DNA of 64,000 nt from Amoebidium appalachense (lineage: Eukaryota; Protista; Ichthyosporea): NCBI GenBank assembly GCA_963693365.1, contig CAVNZM010000006.1, positions 6,489,264 to 6,553,263 on the forward strand, in the 5' to 3' direction. Under the pieces are notes generated by a model. The model was not told the origin of the DNA, ran no database searches, and saw nothing but the letters and a program-made list of their open reading frames with translations. How positions within the stretch are numbered: position 1 is the stretch's first letter; each line of letters starts with the position of its first letter. Below, in pieces: positions 61,563 through 64,000 of this stretch. Position numbers and translations under genes: made by a program.

Positions 61563-63221
61563 ATGGATGAACGATGGTGTATAATACATTGCAGCAACAG
61601 CAATACCTCCGAGGCTGCGACAGACACAACACACACGTGCAGGAGTGCTGGCAGCCTTCAAGTTCAGAAAAAACACCTCGAATCCAGTAGCGTTGTAACA
61701 CACGCGACGCACAATCTAACTGCTGAAGACCCAACACACAACTCGAACCCAAAGCCTTCTTCCGAATACGGCACTGTGACAGACATGCAGTCACAACCAC
61801 ACATGCACTCACCCAGTTCCAAGAAAGAGCTCCGCGGCATGTACACCCCGCAAAAGGGGATTTTGCATGAATTGTCCTCCGGGTGCATCACCGTTATGTC
61901 CACAAGCACATCCAACGACAATTGCAAGGCCGTTTGCGTTGCGGACAAATTGAATGTTTCAAAACATTGTGCAGGAGGTGACATCCAGTTCCCTGTTCCA
62001 ACGTCGGGTGATTCCCAATTTACGCTCATTGTCGGGCAGACTAGGTCCGTACTGAGTAGAACGGGTGCAGGTTGGGTGAAGGAGCACGTCACCCTCGGTA
62101 AGGGATATGCTCGCGCGGCATGGTGTTTCTTTTTTCTGAACGTCACCTTCTGTCTCATCATCGAGTCTCTAATGACCGGCCTTACGCTTTACTACGTACC
62201 CATGAGCTACCGCCCCGTGTTTGAAGAGGCCAGCACAAACATCACCGCAACCATTTATCAGTTGCCCCCGGCGGCACCCCCTGGCCCAAACACGATGTTT
62301 CTATTCAAAAATTTGGTGGATTCCTCCGCAACGCTGGCCAACGCATACATTATGACGAAGAAGGACGGAATGGTTGCGTGGAGATTTCAGTTACCCGCCG
62401 ACATCATATCACTGATTATAAGGGTCGCCGCGGCTGCTTATGCGTGGGTGCACCGGAACAGGCGAGCTGTGAAGACGCGGGGAAGAGAATTTCTACTACA
62501 GTCCTCCGTTTCACAAATCGGGATATGCGTCGGTCGGGTAATTGTAAACGGTTTCACGTTTCTCGTTTTCTATCCAGAGCTCGCCCTGTCTCCGGGTGTG
62601 TCCCCGGTAAAAGCGCTGGCTGACTTGGGGAACAGAATTGACGGTTTAATGATAGGGCTCGTTATCTCACAGGTTGTGTTTGTCGTGTTGACGGCCATTA
62701 TGCTAGGCGCAGTGGCACAGAGACAAAGGGTTGTGTATCACCTGTTTGTAAAAGATCCCTTCAACGCGCAGAAAAAAATCAACTTCTGGGCGCCGTTCCC
62801 CGTTCACCTTGTCGTAGGAGGTATAGCGAGCACCCCGTTTGTGGTTAAGCACTTCTGCGGCGGTTGTTTCAGTTACTACAGCCTTATAATCATCTCGGGG
62901 ATCATCTTCATGTGCGCCGTATACACTACGTGGCTTGAGTACTATTTCATCCGTACGGTAAACGTTCACCGCGAATTCAGCGACAAGTGGCAAAACTTTC
63001 GCCTTCTTGTCCTTTTGGACATTGGGACGTTTGTGGGCGTGTTTCTGTTTGCCTACTTCCCCTACTCCACCATCAACCTTCTAGGTATGCAGGCCCCTGC
63101 GCGTGTTTTCTGCAATGTTGTTGCCATCGATACGGCGGTAACACAGTATTTGCATCTTCAGCATGAGAGGGTGGTACCGAATGTGTCTTCGGAATGGACC
63201 CCGGCGCCTCTCCTGGTATGA
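61563..63221 (+). CDS. Uncharacterised multi-pass membrane protein, 552 aa, intronless (~7-8 hydrophobic segments after a ~180-aa polar N-terminus)
   Basis: 1.66-kb open frame in non-repetitive sequence; hydrophobic stretches AAWCFFFLNVTFCLII, IISLIIRVAAAAYAWV, IGICVGRVIVNGFTFLVF, LMIGLVISQVVFVVLTAIMLGAV, FWAPFPVHLVVGGIA, YYSLIIISGIIFMCAVY, LLVLLDIGTFVGVFLFAYF. No family recognised; the true start codon is uncertain. Confidence 0.75.
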   Translation: MDERWCIIHCSNSNTSEAATDTTHTCRSAGSLQVQKKHLESSSVVTHATHNLTAEDPTHNSNPKPSSEYGTVTDMQSQPHMHSPSSKKELRGMYTPQKGILHELSSGCITVMSTSTSNDNCKAVCVADKLNVSKHCAGGDIQFPVPTSGDSQFTLIVGQTRSVLSRTGAGWVKEHVTLGKGYARAAWCFFFLNVTFCLIIESLMTGLTLYYVPMSYRPVFEEASTNITATIYQLPPAAPPGPNTMFLFKNLVDSSATLANAYIMTKKDGMVAWRFQLPADIISLIIRVAAAAYAWVHRNRRAVKTRGREFLLQSSVSQIGICVGRVIVNGFTFLVFYPELALSPGVSPVKALADLGNRIDGLMIGLVISQVVFVVLTAIMLGAVAQRQRVVYHLFVKDPFNAQKKINFWAPFPVHLVVGGIASTPFVVKHFCGGCFSYYSLIIISGIIFMCAVYTTWLEYYFIRTVNVHREFSDKWQNFRLLVLLDIGTFVGVFLFAYFPYSTINLLGMQAPARVFCNVVAIDTAVTQYLHLQHERVVPNVSSEWTPAPLLV

Positions 63222-63870
63222 GCGTGGCGCTTCACAGGCAGACCCCCCTGTGATGCACAGAGAGCTCGAGTGCACTAGCTCTGGTGACTGCTAGATAATG
63301 AGTACCACTTTTTTTAATGACTACTAATGTTAAATATTGTAAAGTTCTTGTCATGAATTACGCAAATGCTGTTCAATGATTTAAGGGGCCGGGGGGGGGG
63401 GGGGGGGGGGGAGGGGGGGGGAGGGAGGAGGGGGGGGGGGGGGGGGGGTTTACAGAAAGACGCCCTTCAATGTAGAATGAATCTTGTATAGACTATCTGT
63501 AGCCGTACATGTATGCCAGACCGAAGCAGGCTCTGAGCGGTTTCTAATGACTTATGACAAAACTGTTAGAAAATTGACACGTGCTCAATATGAAGAACGT
63601 GTCACTGACGAGCAGTAGCCTAAGGCTATGCCATGTAATCGCTTTTTTTTTTACCGCAGTGCAATTTGTACTCTGGGGGCTAAAAGTCGCGATCGTAGTA
63701 ATTTGATAGTATAAATCTGCAATCCAGGCTGTACTGTAACAGTGGTAAAGTTTCCAGCCTTATCCCAAAACGGAACACCCTTGCTTATGCGGCTTGCTTT
63801 TCTCGGACACGGGCCCTGAATTTGGCGTTGATGGGAGAGAGCTCGGGGGGGGGGGGGGGGGGGGGGGTAG

Positions 63871-63940
63871 CAGTACCAGATGTAGCCTCGTACCAAATGT
63901 AGCCGAACCCCCAAATTACCTATAGTACCAGATGTAGCCA
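63871..63940. repeat. Short direct repeat gtaccaRatgtagcc (x3)
   Basis: Copies at ~63873, ~63889 and ~63925. Confidence 0.65.
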
Positions 63941-64000
63941 GGGTTTGGGGGGAGGGGGGGGGGGGGGGGGGGCAGCTTAGTACTCCAACACATGCACAAC

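Overview
Eukaryotic genomic DNA. The protein features mix animal-like and fungal-like traits, so a unicellular opisthokont is likely (inference). Introns and intergenic DNA are saturated with poly-G/poly-C, (CA)n/(TG)n and (CT)n/(GA)n tracts, which explain almost all of the low-complexity ORFs in the track. Supported genes: an intronless 1-Cys peroxiredoxin (6049-6714, -); a 12-exon SEPT7/Cdc3-group septin (9600-23809, +); a ~23-exon paraplegin/SPG7-like m-AAA subunit (25396-47015, +); an intronless pyruvate kinase (51767-53344, +); an intronless orphan multi-pass membrane protein (61563-63221, +); and a probable first exon of a minus-strand gene at 509-963. Exon structures were built by hand from GT-AG sites and reading phase. 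Mobile elements: a 366-bp TRIM-type mini LTR retroelement (identical LTRs, tRNA-iMet PBS, 4-bp TSD), two MITEs, and a dispersed intronic repeat family. Most notable observations: the paraplegin keeps its ATPase motifs but has lost both zinc-binding His (HEAGH becomes IEAGR); many introns have complementary G/C or GT/AC tracts in their two halves while several acceptors lack pyrimidine tracts; splice junctions are repeatedly tandem-duplicated inside introns; and a regular Cys-rich repeat at 509-963 is split over three reading frames.
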